From Geosiphon pyriformis uo1 (lineage: Eukaryota > Fungi > Glomeromycota): a stretch of DNA of 64,000 nt. The translations under genes were made by a program, and so were the position numbers. Of this stretch, positions 25,003 to 38,559 are shown one piece after another (position 1 is the stretch's first letter; every line of letters begins with the position of its first letter). Where the stretch lies: the NCBI GenBank assembly GCA_016748015.1, contig JAAOMT010000512.1, forward strand, positions 1,312,893 through 1,376,892, in the 5' to 3' direction. Below the pieces are notes generated by a model. It was given only the letters and a program-made list of their open reading frames with translations, did no database searches and was not told the origin of the DNA.

Positions 25003-27221
25003 ATGACAAATGCTCCAGGTTTCCCACAAATAAGAGAAATTCTTCGAAAATGCAATCTCATGGAATACTATGAAAGGTTGATTGCCGAAGGCTTTGACGA
25101 CTTGCAATCGGTAAATTTTTTCTTCTTCATTCCTAAAGATAGATAAAATTTGACATAAAATTATGTGTTTTTATTGGGGAAAGAACTCAAAAAAAAAGAC
25201 GTGCTTTTTACTGGAACAACAAAAATCATTGTTACTTTTTTGAAAATGAGCTTGGCAAATTTCAAATTAAAATATGGTTAGTTGGTAAAAAAAAAAAGCG
25301 CAGTACTTGGTAAAAGACACCGACTGACCGACCTCCTGCATACCGCAAGAAAAATACCGTCGACCGAAAAAGCAAAAAAGTTTTGGCACTTTATCAATGG
25401 TGTGTAACATCTTTCTTCCCACGCCCGAGTCACCCATAAATTCTCCGGTTGGATTTTCTGGAAAAACATGACAATATATATTTCCTACACGTGACTTTAT
25501 TTACAATGACTAATATGACAAAATTATTCCTCCACAAAATTTCTAGCTGCTTGAAGTGACTGAAACTGATCTTATTGCTATGGACGTTAAACGAGGTCAT
25601 CGAAGGGTAATTATTTGTTTTTCATCACTCTTTTAAATGGTTAATGATTGATTGATCAATTAAACTAATCTCATCACATCACATCACATTTTAATTCTTT
25701 AAAAAACAGCGATTACAACGAGAAATTTCTACGCTCAAAGGAGTACCTGCATCCTTACCCTTGTACATACCTCCAGGTCCTGCATTAGAAGATCAAACCA
25801 ATACAAATTGTAAGTTATTTTGAACGAATTCACGTGATCCGTAGAGAATTGATTTTTTTGTACACAAACATGTGAATACTCACATTTATAATTTCTGAAA
25901 ATCGTAGCAATTCTACCGCAAGTAACTAGCGACCACGTTCATATGAATAACATTCTTCAAAATAACGCAAAAATGCTGTATGCCAACGTCGCTCCGGTCA
26001 ATTTGAATCGTGGATCTCCAATGTTACCACGAGATCATGCAAGTAAAGAGGATGATCCACGGGATAACAGAGATCCACAAAATAATGAAAATACCAAAAG
26101 AAAATATAAACGTCATCCAAAACGTGACAAAAATGCTCCCGTAAAACCATTATCCGCTTATGTCATGTTTGCTCATCGTGTACGAGAAGAGTATCAGGGT
26201 CAAAACATTCCATTTCCAGACATGGCCAAAATCGTGGGTGATCGTTGGAAAACGATTCCTACAGCGGAAAAGGAAGCGATCGAAAGTGAGGCTGCAAAGG
26301 CTAAAGGAAAGTATCGGGCTGAATTGGAAGTTTATAAGACAACTGAACAATGGAAGGTTTGTACTATTATTATTATTATTGTTATTAATTAATGATTAGT
26401 TCGATTCATTGCTCATTGAAATTAAATATCTTTTTTTATCCATTTAATTTTACCAGCAATATCAAGAATACCTTAAAGATTTTAAGGCAAAGTACGAAAC
26501 TTCATTCCGTGGAGATCTCAAACAAAGAAAACGTTCCAAAATAGAACCATCGCCGGAACCAGAGAATAATAGCCATTCGGGTTACTCGAGTGCTCGATCC
26601 ACATCACTTGGATACCAGAGTAGTGGTAGTAGTAATTCCAATGGTTGTAATGGTGGTGATCATAATATGCATCTTCACAATCATCAAGGGGTTTCAGTGA
26701 ATAATGGTCCACATATTCCTCACTCGTATTCTGGATCTAATTACAATGTCCCAAACTTTCATCAGAATTGTTATCTTTTAAATTATCCCAACATGTTCGA
26801 TTATAATCCCAATCAATCGAATGGTGGCATCGAAAATTTAAATATCTCAAAGAATCCACATCATCACAATCAACCTCATAATTTTGGTTCGAGACCAACC
26901 AATAATATGACGTCAAATGGTACCTCATTGGCAGATCTATACGCGAAAGATGACGAACAATCACCTTCCATGTCGCAGAATGGTGGTGGTGGTGGCGGTG
27001 GCCGTCGACCCTTTGATGATTCAGGAGTTTCCACAGATAATTTCTCGGCAACATCCAGCAACAATAATACTCCACCACCTGCATCAGTGGAGAGTGAAGA
27101 AACGAACAACGTACTGAACAATAGTGGTAGTAATGGTGGTCAATCCAAACAATCAACGGAACCGTCACGTGCCGGATCAATTTCTGTTGATCGGGCAATG
27201 GTACCACAACCTGTACACTGA
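25003..27221 (+). CDS. SAM-domain plus HMG-box (HMGB/HMG20-type) transcriptional regulator; exons 25003-25110, 25547-25606, 25710-25809, 25908-26356, 26457-27221
   Basis: SAM: IREILRKCNLMEYYERLIAEGFDDLQS|LLEVTETDLIAMDVKRGHRR|RLQREI. HMG box: KRKYKRHPKRDKNAPVKPLSAYVMF...FPDMAKIVGDRWKTI...KGKYRAELEVYKTTEQWK|QYQEYLKDFKAKY. N/S/G/H-rich tail. All introns are GT-AG and keep frame. Confidence 0.93.
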
Positions 27222-28552
27222 TAATTATTAATAGTAATAGGAGTAGTAATCGTGATGAAGATGGTGTTGATGGTGGCAATTAATAAGTGATAAGGAAAAA
27301 AATTGAACAAAAAAGAAATACCGATATGCCTTTACGCTGTGTGTGCACATTTTTCTTCGCTTTTTCTCTTTTCCTCTTCATTACTTTTTCTCTTCCAAAA
27401 AGTTTCAAGTGATAAAATTTTCTTACAACCCCTAACAATCAAAATATAATTAGATGAACTGGAGGAAACAACATAAATTTTTTTTATCACGCTCTTCTCT
27501 TATCTTCAGAGTGTTTTATTCTCTTGATTTTTTTAGCACGCAAATTTTTACCCATTTTTGCTTTTCTTTCCATCCTGCCTTATCTCAAGTACGTCAAGAA
27601 ATCATCGTAGTCGTCGCGAATGATTACAAAATTACTGGTGTCGACTACGATTAATCTCTTTGCGAAAACCTTCCCATTCTTACTCTATAGATTTTATATA
27701 CACTTTGATTTTTTGTTTCCATCAATTTCATGATTTTTTTTCCTTTAATTATTGATATAAAAAAATTATATCACACCTTTTTTCTTTCATTGTTTTCCTC
27801 AGTCATCTCATTTCTCCCTTTTAAATATCTAAGTCATTTTTTACGTAATTCTTAAGCTAAAGGTACACACATTCAAAGAGTCACCGTGTGGATATAGCTC
27901 ACAAGGTGTGTGTGCATATCGCATACGATGTTTTAAACCAAGTTTCTTTTTTGTAAATAAACTGTAAATTTTTTAAAATTTTAAGAAAGTGATCTTGGGG
28001 AGTAACGGTAATATATAGGAAATATATATGGAGTGGAGGAGTTATTTTATGCTTGAAAGGGAATAATTTACCCAATTGAAGTGGTTGTTGACTCGTGGAA
28101 TTGAGTGTTCCTAATTTTTGTTTATTGAGAATATGATCGTGAGGAGGGACAATGAGTTGGGTAATATAACATCATAATAACAAAAAAACTAATAAGAGGG
28201 ACTTTTTTGATTGTTAATTCAATATGTTTGTGTTTTGACCAATTGGGATGATTAAAGACAATAATGTTTAGGAGGAGGATCATGATGATGAGGCCACGAG
28301 AGATGAAATATTGAAGAAAATGATGAAAAGGAAATATCTCATAGATATTAAGCATATATTAGAAAGTGTTGGAAGATGAAATATGAGAGGAAGGTTGCGT
28401 ATTAATGCAGAGTTATTTTTGACAAGAAGGAGAAGGAAGAGAAGAAGGAGGAGAAAGAAGGAAAAGAAAGGAAAATCAAATACACTCAAACTTGAATTTG
28501 ACCACAAACACCGCATCTTCGACTACAACTACCCAAGCAGAAAAGCAGTAAA

Positions 28553-28554
<2 letters not shown>

Positions 28555-28623
<69 letters not shown>
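28555..28623 (+). repeat. Poly(T)69
   Basis: Direct reading. Confidence 0.95.
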
Positions 28624-28624
<1 letters not shown>

Positions 28625-30097
28625 ATTTTCCGAATTCCTTTTTGGTATTAAGTTTCATGTTTAATAAAAAAAAATTTTTGTTTAATTAATTGTAGACGGA
28701 AGCATAAGATTTGGAACAAATAGTAAAGAAGAGAAAGAAAGTTTTAACATTTTAATATTTATAATAGCAGGAAAAAAAATATTGAAACCCTTTATGGATC
28801 AAGGTTAACAGGTTTAAAAATTTTTTTTTTGGCATGCAGGTGTTGACTGAAATTAAGGTATACTCAAAAATATCGAGAAAAATTAGATGTACGTTTCACA
28901 GCTTTTTACATAGTGGGAAAATTTTAAAAAAGAGGATAATAATAATAGTTGCATCAATGGATAATTTATTATTTTAAAACCTGATGAAAAAAAAAATTGA
29001 ATAATTTAATTTTGTGCATAGAAAATTCATAATGGAATTTTTCAATCTTAAAAAAACGGTTTTTTTAATATTTGGCCATTGTTAATATCGATATTTTTTA
29101 TAAAGAAAATTAATATATATATACTTTAAACTCTAATATATATCTTTCCATCTCCAAATCTTCGATTAATATAAACTTTTAAGATCTTGGTGTTCAGCCT
29201 GTCAACAAATAATTTCATGCAGTGTTACCCTTATCTAATATTAAGTTGTAATAGTTTCGCCCAAAAACTAAAAGTTTTTCCCAATTATAAAAGGCTTCCC
29301 TCCTGAATTTTACGGCTGGACTTTTTTTAATAATGTATGGTAACAGTGTAGCAATTAAAGGCGAAAAGTTTTAAATTTTTTACAAGTATGCGTAACAATG
29401 TATTTAGACGCCTTGTTTTTTTCATAGCATAAGATGGTGAGTTGGCAAATGTGCAAACCTTTCTTGTTAAAAGGTTAATTTTCTTTTTTGATTATCAAAT
29501 TTGGGAAGGGACGTAAAAGAAAATTATTGAAAATAATACCAATAATGAGAGATGTTGAATTCCCACCCCTCTCGATATCAGATCTTTAAGAAACCCGAGT
29601 CAATAAGAAGTTTGGGGGGGGGGATCTGATCAGTGTTTGTTAAAAAAAAATCATGTATGAAAATATGTTGTTTCTAGTGATCTCTATAGTTATCCGGTGA
29701 TTTCTCGGGGAAATTTTATGAAAGAGATGAGCGTTACCGCCAAACAAAATAAGTTAAAACATGCAAAGTCGATCTATTAAGAAGATATGCACGTGTTTTA
29801 AAGTTGCGCAATATCGAAGATCGAAAAACATTCATTGTGCATTTTCCCATTGTTTTCAACAGTAGGGAAATTCAAATAAGCAAAATATAAAACCTGTTCA
29901 AAATTCTTTTTAATTAAGATCAGGAAAATTATAATAACAATTTAAAAGAGAATCGATAATTTTATCCGTGATAATAGGGAATTTAGAGTTATCAGATTTT
30001 TTTTTTATCCTTTTTTTACAGATTTCCCCATGTGGTTTTTACTTGAAGAAAAAAAAATTTTTAATTCAAGATTTTCTGAACCTTTTGTATATACATG

Positions 30098-30099
<2 letters not shown>

Positions 30100-30129
<30 letters not shown>

Positions 30130-30165
30130 TGTATGTATGTATGTATGTATGTATGTATGTATGTA
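30100..30165. repeat. (TATG)n microsatellite
   Basis: Direct reading. Confidence 0.9.
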
Positions 30166-30564
30166 CGTGCAGTATCATGATGTACATCTTTTTTTAATTT
30201 TATATTTTAATAGTTTATAAGTGATGATGAATAAATTTTTTTTTTTTTTTTCAGAAAAAATAAAAAAATCAAATAACAAAATATAAATCTATTCCTTTTC
30301 TTTATTTCAATACGGGGAAAAAAAAAGAAAGAAGACGGAAAAAAAAAAGAATTACCAAATGATCATTCTGAATCGGTAATAAATATAACAATCTTTGATG
30401 AACGGAATAATTATTTAAATGAATTATTAAAAGATTTCTTACGGAATTTATTTAACTTTAATTCTATGAGAATTTTGTGAAACTTTTTTTTTTTGTTTTA
30501 CTAACTGAAAAATTCAAAAGTTTTTTTTTGTTTAATATCCAATACAAGAAAAAATTCTGGCGTG

Positions 30565-30599
<35 letters not shown>

Positions 30600-31914
30600 G
30601 CTAATTATGTTGTTGATGTTTAGGTAGCGTTATTAACCTCATTTTAACTAAAATGATTTTCATAATTTTAAAAAGTGAAAAGCAACAATAATAATAGTGA
30701 CAATAACAACAACAATAACAATATAATAATAATAATAATAATAATAATAACAGCACTCACAATTAAATCTGGAATTGAGAAAATTCTTGATATTGCAAAA
30801 TTCGGTAAAAATAAAAGCTAACCAAATTCAGAAATACACAAATAAATGTATGACATAATTTCATATCTGTTATGACATCTAATGATCTTTGTATAATTGC
30901 GTAATTTCGCATGCAGGGAAATAGTACGACCATCAAGGAAATTGAAATGTTGATTTTTATTGACGATCAAATGATAAAATAGCGAATATTATCTAATTTT
31001 GCATGTTGTAAAGTCAAACTGAGGGGGAAATTTTAAATTTTTTTTTCATGTTTAATTATGGCGTCATTAATATTGCGCTGACGGTGAAAAAAAAAAAGAA
31101 ACTTTTTTTGTACAATATTCAAAATAAAAAATAATCATTGTGAAAGGTTTCAAATCAAGGTAGGTACCGTTTTGTTTCGCGAAATTCCAGAATTGAGTAA
31201 ATCATATTTTAAAAAAATTTACATATAAAATGTTGGATTTTCTATTTAATATATATCTTTTATCATTTAGTCACCCGGATTTGGGGATTTCCAAAATTTC
31301 AAAATTTGGCCTCTTTAACCCAAATTGAGAATTTGAATAATCAAAAAAAAAAAAAACTTTCATTTAAATCATATATCCTAAAGAAAATTTAAATTTTGGT
31401 TATTTTAAGTAATGTTTTGCAAACATGAAATGAAATTATTCTTATAATCTCTTGGAATCAATCTTATTCATTAAAATCTTTTACTAAATCTCGATAATGA
31501 AAAGCCATAACTATTGATCATTAATAATTGATTTTCAAAAATTTTCATGAAATTTTAAAAAGTATTCTTAAACATAAATATGAAATTTAAAATTTTTTAA
31601 TCCCGCATCTAAATTATAAATGATCCTATTTCATGCCTTTTTTCTTTTTAGATCATTTAGGTTCTTTTTCAAAATTAAGACTGTTAGAACTTTCAATAAA
31701 TAGAGTTTCAAACTTATTTTTCCCATAAATTTTGAAATAAAACATGCAAAAATCTTATTTCAGACCTTTTCAAAATTAAAAAAGTAAATTATTATAGAAT
31801 ATTTTCTGTGTATCTCTTATAAAGAATTATAACCTATCATTATTTTTGTTTATTTATAATCCAAAATGAATGATGTAATTTTCTTTTAATTATTTTATCA
31901 ACAAAATATTTTAA

Positions 31915-31952
<38 letters not shown>

Positions 31953-33048
31953 TGTAACTTAATTTCTTAACAAATGATATAATAAACATTTTATTTTTAT
32001 AATAATATTTTTTAAATCATAGTATATTAATTGATTAATTAATTAATTAATTATTTGGTAAATTTGCATATTAAAAAATATTTTCAAATTTGATTATTAA
32101 TCATTTATTTTATTCTTTTTAACTAATAAATATATTTTCTACTAATGATAATTTCATTTTAAAATAACTTAAAATTATTGATTTTTTTTTAAATAAAGTA
32201 AATAAACAGTCAATAAATTTATGAAAAAAAATTTTAAAAATATTATTTACCCTATTTTATATATAATTATTATTATTATTTAATTAATTGAATAATTAAA
32301 ATTTTAATAGACATATTAAAGATAAAATAAAAATTAATAATGAATTAAGTAATTGTCATGTTAAAGAAAAAAAAAATTTTAACCAGTAAAAAAAGTTGTA
32401 ATTATTTATTTGAGTAATTATGTTCTATATATTCAATAAAAATATTAAATTAATCCATAAAATCTCAATTTATTTCTTATTATAAAGAGTTTGGTATGAA
32501 TAAAACATTTAAACGAATTAATGACTTGCATTTTTGAAAAGAAATCGGTCGACTGCATGAGGAACAATCAAACTTTCCTCTAAAAAAGTACGTCGACGTA
32601 GTTTTTAATAACTAGAAATACCCTTAATATTGTAAAGAAAATATTTTTAAAATATTATCAACTATATTAATCTTTATTTTGAAGATGAATAAAAATTCTG
32701 AAACCCAATCAAATGAAATTAGTTTATTACATAAAACCAAAATAGAAATTCCTTTATCAAAAAAACAAAATTCATTTGATGAAAAATTATAAATTTATTC
32801 CACGCCACTTTTTTTATTATGGCAATTTTTTTTAAATAATCATCTTTTAACAAATATCTATTTTAAACTTTAGAAACATATTAGTTCCTTAATTATAACT
32901 GGATTTATTGGAATTATTTTAATGAGTCATTCGATGACTCTTTCAAAATGGCTGTTTTTTACACTAAAATGTTGACACCTAAATTGGCAATTAACAATAA
33001 CCATTATTCTATGGTGTATATAATCTAAAATAAGATTGAATGTACATA

Positions 33049-34176
33049 CAGTGTGTTGCAAAAAAAATTGGACAAAAATGCACATTACAAAACTTGTTAC
33101 AGTTTAACTAATTTTAGTTAGTTTCTAACGGTTGAATTAGGAAGTGAATGCTAAGATAAGTGACTAAATATAATAAATTTTTTTTACGCGTTTTACTAAT
33201 AATTTTTTTAGAAATTTTCTTGCACAATGCTACCTTCCAAGCAAAAAATACAGCGCCAAACCGTATTATATTTTTGGAATTAAGAGATATAAGACACAAC
33301 TAAAATAAAACAGTGAACAAATATACCACGCTCTAATATCTATAATATTCTTAAAAAACTCGAAAAAACAGGAATGGTGGAGCATGTGGGTGAAAATGGT
33401 CGGCCACGAAAAATTAAAAGGAGATGCATCACGAACATTAGGATAATACCTCCGTCGAGATTTTTCAATATCTTTGAGGACTTTGAAAATAAAATTAGCA
33501 AAAAAAAATGTAGATGTTTCTCCTAGTACTATCCAAAGGCATTTAATTTATCATGAATATAAAAAAGACTTGCCTTTGGCAACTCTAATGCTTACCAATC
33601 TCCACAAGGAAAATCGTGTAAAGTGGGCTCAAGAACATTTCAATGATAATTGGAAAAGAACTGTTTTTTTGGATGAAACAACTTTTTGTCTATTCCTAAA
33701 TACAGTAGAACGTTGGTATAAAGGCTAACGACCAACTCATGCTATATCAAAAGATCGAACAAAAATTATGACGTGGAGTGGTTTTTATGATAAAGAAAAG
33801 GTAAGTTTATTTTGTTTTACCCAAATAATGGATTTTAAGTTCTATGTAAAAATTATTCGTGAAAATTTACCTGAGATAAGAAGAATGTTAGGGAATAAGT
33901 GGCAGTTTCAACAGGACAATAACCCAAAGCACAAGCCATCTAGCCAAAGCCTTTCTTCAAAAGAATATGCCTAAAGTTATGGCTTGGCCATCTAATAGTC
34001 CTGACTTGAATTCCATTGAAAATTGCGAATAAGGGAGAAAGAATATCATACTAAATTTTTTTTAATAAAATCGTGTGCTTTTTAGCTTTCTAATAGTATA
34101 TAATTTATATCTTTTAGTGCATTGGATAAAGCCCAGTGATTATTTTTTTCTGTCCAATTTTTTTTGCAACACACTG
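33049..34176 (+). mobile_element. Tc1/mariner-superfamily (Tc1-like DDE) DNA transposon, defective
   Basis: Perfect 26-bp TIRs CAGTGTGTTGCAAAAAAAATTGGACA; TA target duplication at 33047-33048 and 34177-34178. Transposase fragments VSPSTIQRHL, RVKWAQEH, WKRTVFLDETTF, FQQDNNPKH, WPSNSPDLNSIEN, broken by stops and frameshifts, with the C-terminus apparently deleted. Confidence 0.95.
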
Positions 34177-34303
<127 letters not shown>

Positions 34304-34747
34304 ACAGTTATAAAACAAATTAAAGGTGAAAGTTTTCACCTTCAAAAAGCCGAATTTTAATGATAATTGCTAAAATCTCTATCTCTTCTTAATATTATAC
34401 ACTCTATATTTCTTTCCTGAAATTTTACTGAAAACTCAAAGATTGAATTCTTTCGTGTCTATTAAAAAAGTTTATTATTTTGGGTACATGCTGTAAACTG
34501 AAATTATTTATTGATCGATCGATCGCATTCACTTTAAAGCTTCAAATGATATTATGCTTTCACATTTCTCAATTATAGCTTTTCAAACACTTGAAACCTC
34601 GAGATCATATAAAGTTTGGTTAATTTAAAAATCATTATGTTAACATTAGTGATTTGCAAATTTTCGTTTCAATTTAGACATATTTAAATATAGCTTTAAA
34701 AAAAAAGTTTAAATAGACTAAACTATTTAATTTACTTTTTTTTGATT

Positions 34748-35911
34748 CTAAATTTTGCTGTTAAAAACTTTCTCAATCGCTTTTCCAACTGCCTCCAAAT
34801 CTTCTAATAAATCTCTATGGGAATTTTTAGACATAACCGTCTGGTAAGGAATTCCCTCAGGTAATTGGGCATTTTCAAAAGTGACAGTACCATCACCTTT
34901 AACTAGAACTTGATTTTTTAGGAAAATCGAAATCTTTCCATCTTCTGTTTGCTCAACTAGTAATCCGCCATTTGTATCATGGGAATCATTAACCAGAATA
35001 GCTAAAGGCGGATACTTATAATCATCTTTTTTACATTTCAATGTCTCATAGAATCTTTTGCTATCAGCTAAAACTCGCTTAAGGTACGTAATCCTTTCTT
35101 CACGTGTACCTAATTCTAAGCTTCTTTTCGTGTCAGTTTGGATTATATCAGTCCAATCATTTTTCAGCCATGTATCTATATCAAAATAATCTACAATAAC
35201 ATCCTCCCCTGTTTTATGATCCTTGAAGGCTTTAAGATTCCACGGAAGAAATCCAAATTCGGGTCGTAACGCAAAAATTGCCTCAACGTCTTGAAGTCTT
35301 TTGTTAAACAAAATCGGATATCCCATCTTGAGATCTAAAAATATTCTTGGAATTCCATGAAAAGGAGTTCCTGCAAAAATTGCTCCAGCGAAAAGATGTG
35401 GTTGTAAATGAAGACTAGATAGCATGATCAATCCACCATTTGAGTGACAGATCACATACACCGGTTTTCTGCCATTTTTATCATAAATTTTTTGAACAAA
35501 TGCTACAAATGTTTCCACTGATGCTTCATTAGTGCGTCGCCAATCATAGGAAAATGTGTGAAATGTAAAGACGGATTCTTCTTTTTGGTATGATTTTTCT
35601 AAAGTTTTCAAATGCGTTATTAAACTATCATAATATTTGGTCCATAAAATCTTGGTCAGGATTCCATCTGCGATTAAGCGATCTGGCTCATTTTTGATGA
35701 TATCCAGAGGTAAATCGATACTTTCTTTGCTGCACGGTAAAAAAGGAAGTTTGAGATCAAGCCAAACACGCTTTTTTCGCTCTTGATCCCAGAGTGTTGA
35801 AGCACGAAATCCTGGAATAAGGATTACATCAGAATGCAAGTATTCGAATCCTGGGATTTCGGTTGGTTTCATACTAGGTTTTGAATTTTGTGAAGGTTGT
35901 TTTAAAGACAT
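34748..35911 (-). CDS. Intronless LCAT-family / PLA-like alpha/beta hydrolase, 387 aa
   Basis: VILIPGFRASTL (oxyanion strand), YDWR, ICHSNGG nucleophile elbow, AGTPFHG, GDGTV (Asp), SHRDLL (His). Confidence 0.88.
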   Translation of the reverse strand: MSLKQPSQNSKPSMKPTEIPGFEYLHSDVILIPGFRASTLWDQERKKRVWLDLKLPFLPCSKESIDLPLDIIKNEPDRLIADGILTKILWTKYYDSLITHLKTLEKSYQKEESVFTFHTFSYDWRRTNEASVETFVAFVQKIYDKNGRKPVYVICHSNGGLIMLSSLHLQPHLFAGAIFAGTPFHGIPRIFLDLKMGYPILFNKRLQDVEAIFALRPEFGFLPWNLKAFKDHKTGEDVIVDYFDIDTWLKNDWTDIIQTDTKRSLELGTREERITYLKRVLADSKRFYETLKCKKDDYKYPPLAILVNDSHDTNGGLLVEQTEDGKISIFLKNQVLVKGDGTVTFENAQLPEGIPYQTVMSKNSHRDLLEDLEAVGKAIEKVFNSKI

Positions 35912-36777
35912 GATAAATCAAATTTGATAAAGGTAAGATAGATAAAAGTTTGCAGATTTATATTGTCTACTTGCTTATTAATGACGTTTTGAATAGAATT
36001 GCCGATTACTTACTTGCTTACTAAACTTTTTACTAAATTTATATTTTATGACGTTTTGAATTGAATGATCTCATTATTATATTGGGATTGCCATCAACTT
36101 TTGAGAGCTTGGCAATTCCCCACGAGAAATGAATAGCTCTAAAGGGAACAACGACACGATCCGTGCAAAGGATCGATCGGATAAAATAGATTTTCTTGTT
36201 AGGTTACGTAATTATCAAACCTGAGATGTCAGAATCGAACGGCGGATCTTGTTCTTTATACAATTACTTCTTCTGCTTATATTCTTTTATCCCACATTTT
36301 ACCTATCTCTACTATTTTTTATCTCTATACTGACCGATACTGAAAACTTGTCTTTAATGGTTCTTATCATTGTATCCATTAAAAAGCCTATGATTGAAAA
36401 GTTTTTAAAAGATTATAAAAGTGTATTGATGTTGATAAATAAGTATCAAGTGACAAGTCTAAATTAAGGAATAAGATCAAGAAGATGTAGTCAGTTAATT
36501 TCTCAAAGGTTTGTAAAATAATTCAAAGAATAAGAAAGTTGTTGTTATTCTATTTAAAGCTTTTTTTCCTAAATCCAAGTTTTTGAATATTATATGAAAT
36601 TATAATTTTAAAATTATAATAATTATTTTCATTTTATTTAATGGTTATTCGGATATTATTAATAAAATTATTTTAGATAAATAATTCAAGCAAGTTTGAT
36701 TTTTCAAATAGAATATAATTATTTTGATTAAAATTATTTTTAAATAAAAATATAATAGTTTAATTTGGTTTACTTGA

Positions 36778-36819
<42 letters not shown>

Positions 36820-36820
<1 letters not shown>

Positions 36821-38550
36821 AAAGCTCCATAAATTAACATATATTTATTTAAAATATATTTTAAGTTGTACAAAATTTTTATGTAAAAAATATAATTAAC
36901 AAAAAATTTTTTTATTGTTTAATATAAAATAATTCAATAGGTTATTATAGTGTAATTCAATCATTAGTTATTTTTATACAATAGAATTAATATATATTAA
37001 ATGTTAATTATACTAAAACAATACATAACTAATTACTTAAACCAATTAAAACTATTTTAAATTAAATAAAAAAAGATACTTAAAAAAATAATTATTTAAA
37101 TAATTTTTCTTAACAACAAAATTATTTATTCAATTTACTATTATTATTTATTTAACTTTAATCTTTTGTTTTTTAATAATTCAAAAAATTTACCAAATTA
37201 TAAAACACATTATTATTTATATTAAAATTTAATTTACCAAATTTATTTTTAAATTTTAAAAACTTTTTTAAATATATTTATTACTGTTTTATTAAAATTT
37301 TAATCTGTAATTTCAATATTTTTTTTTATTTAATATGTTAACTTAATTATTATTTAATACAATATAATAATTAAATATTTTAAATTAAATATAAATTCAA
37401 TTCAAACAAAATTACATTAAATCTATAAAAAAACATATATTAAGAAGATATTTTATGCATAAATACATTTAAAATACTATTATTTATAACTATTTTACTT
37501 GTTTATTTAGCAGTTTTATTTTTATTTAACTTGATATTAAGTATCTAATACTTTTAAAAAATTATTAATTGATTAAATATTTCTATATTTAAAATATTAT
37601 TAAGCAAATTCATATTGTTATTTTTAAGTTTGTATTTTATTTTAAGCTTAATATTATTCTAATTTATTTTATTTAGAGTTTTGTTAAAAATAAATATTTT
37701 ACTTTAAATAATTTAATTATATTTTTTAATTTAATATATAAAACAACTTAGTTCTTAAAACAACTAAAATACCAATAAATTTAATAATAAATTTAATAAT
37801 AATAATAATAATAATAGAAAAAATAATAACAGAAAAAACCAGTAAAGCAAAAATTATAATATAAAATTTTATATTAATATAATAAAATTTAAAAATTTTA
37901 AAAAAATTATTTATTTAAATAAAAACTTATAAGAAAAAAACAAAGATATCTTATAATTTACAGCCAAATAATTTGTATTTTAATACTTAAAACAATATCT
38001 AAAATTTTTTTATTAAATATAAAATTTTTTTAATATATTAATTTTAATAATAATAATTTTTAAATAATTTTTAAACCAAAAATAATAATAATATATTATA
38101 TTTGTTAAATAAAATTAAGAGAATAAAAAATAAACAAATGCTATTATTAATCTAAAAAACCAACTTATTAATTTTAAAAACTGTACAGCTTAAAAAAAAT
38201 TAATTAATTTAATTTTAAACATATTTTTAAAAAAAATAGTTTTTTATTAATTTATAAAAAAAAATCTAATATTATTTTTGTTTATTATAACTAATTAATA
38301 TATTAAAACAATTGTAACTATATTAAAAAACTTAAAATATATAACAGCATATTATTAAATATTAATAAATTTTAATATAATCTTAAAAACTTTATTATAA
38401 ATATTATAATTAATATTAATAATACAAAATTAACAAAAAAGTCAGAAAAAACTAAAGCAATCAAAGCTTTAAAACATTAAAACAGTCAAAAACATTAAAA
38501 AAAAATTTTTTAAAATTTTAAAAAAATTATTATTAATTATAATTTTTTTT
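36820..38550. other. AT desert, probable transposon fossil
   Basis: Near absence of G/C; residual C mostly follows A. Confidence 0.65.
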
Positions 38551-38559
38551 TTATTACTT

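Noticed and set aside
25003-27221. HMG gene as a mating-type (sexP/sexM or MATA_HMG) locus
   Set aside because: The box is HMGB/HMG20-type (D.NAP.KP.SAY..F) with an N-terminal SAM domain, not MATA_HMG type, and no triose-phosphate transporter or RNA helicase flanks it.
28122-30187. Short ORFs over purine-rich, poly(T) and (TATG)n tracts
   Set aside because: Low-complexity artefacts.
32490-32792. Short coding-like stretch (MNKNSETQSNEISLLHK...)
   Set aside because: Too short, with no family motif or convincing exon chain.
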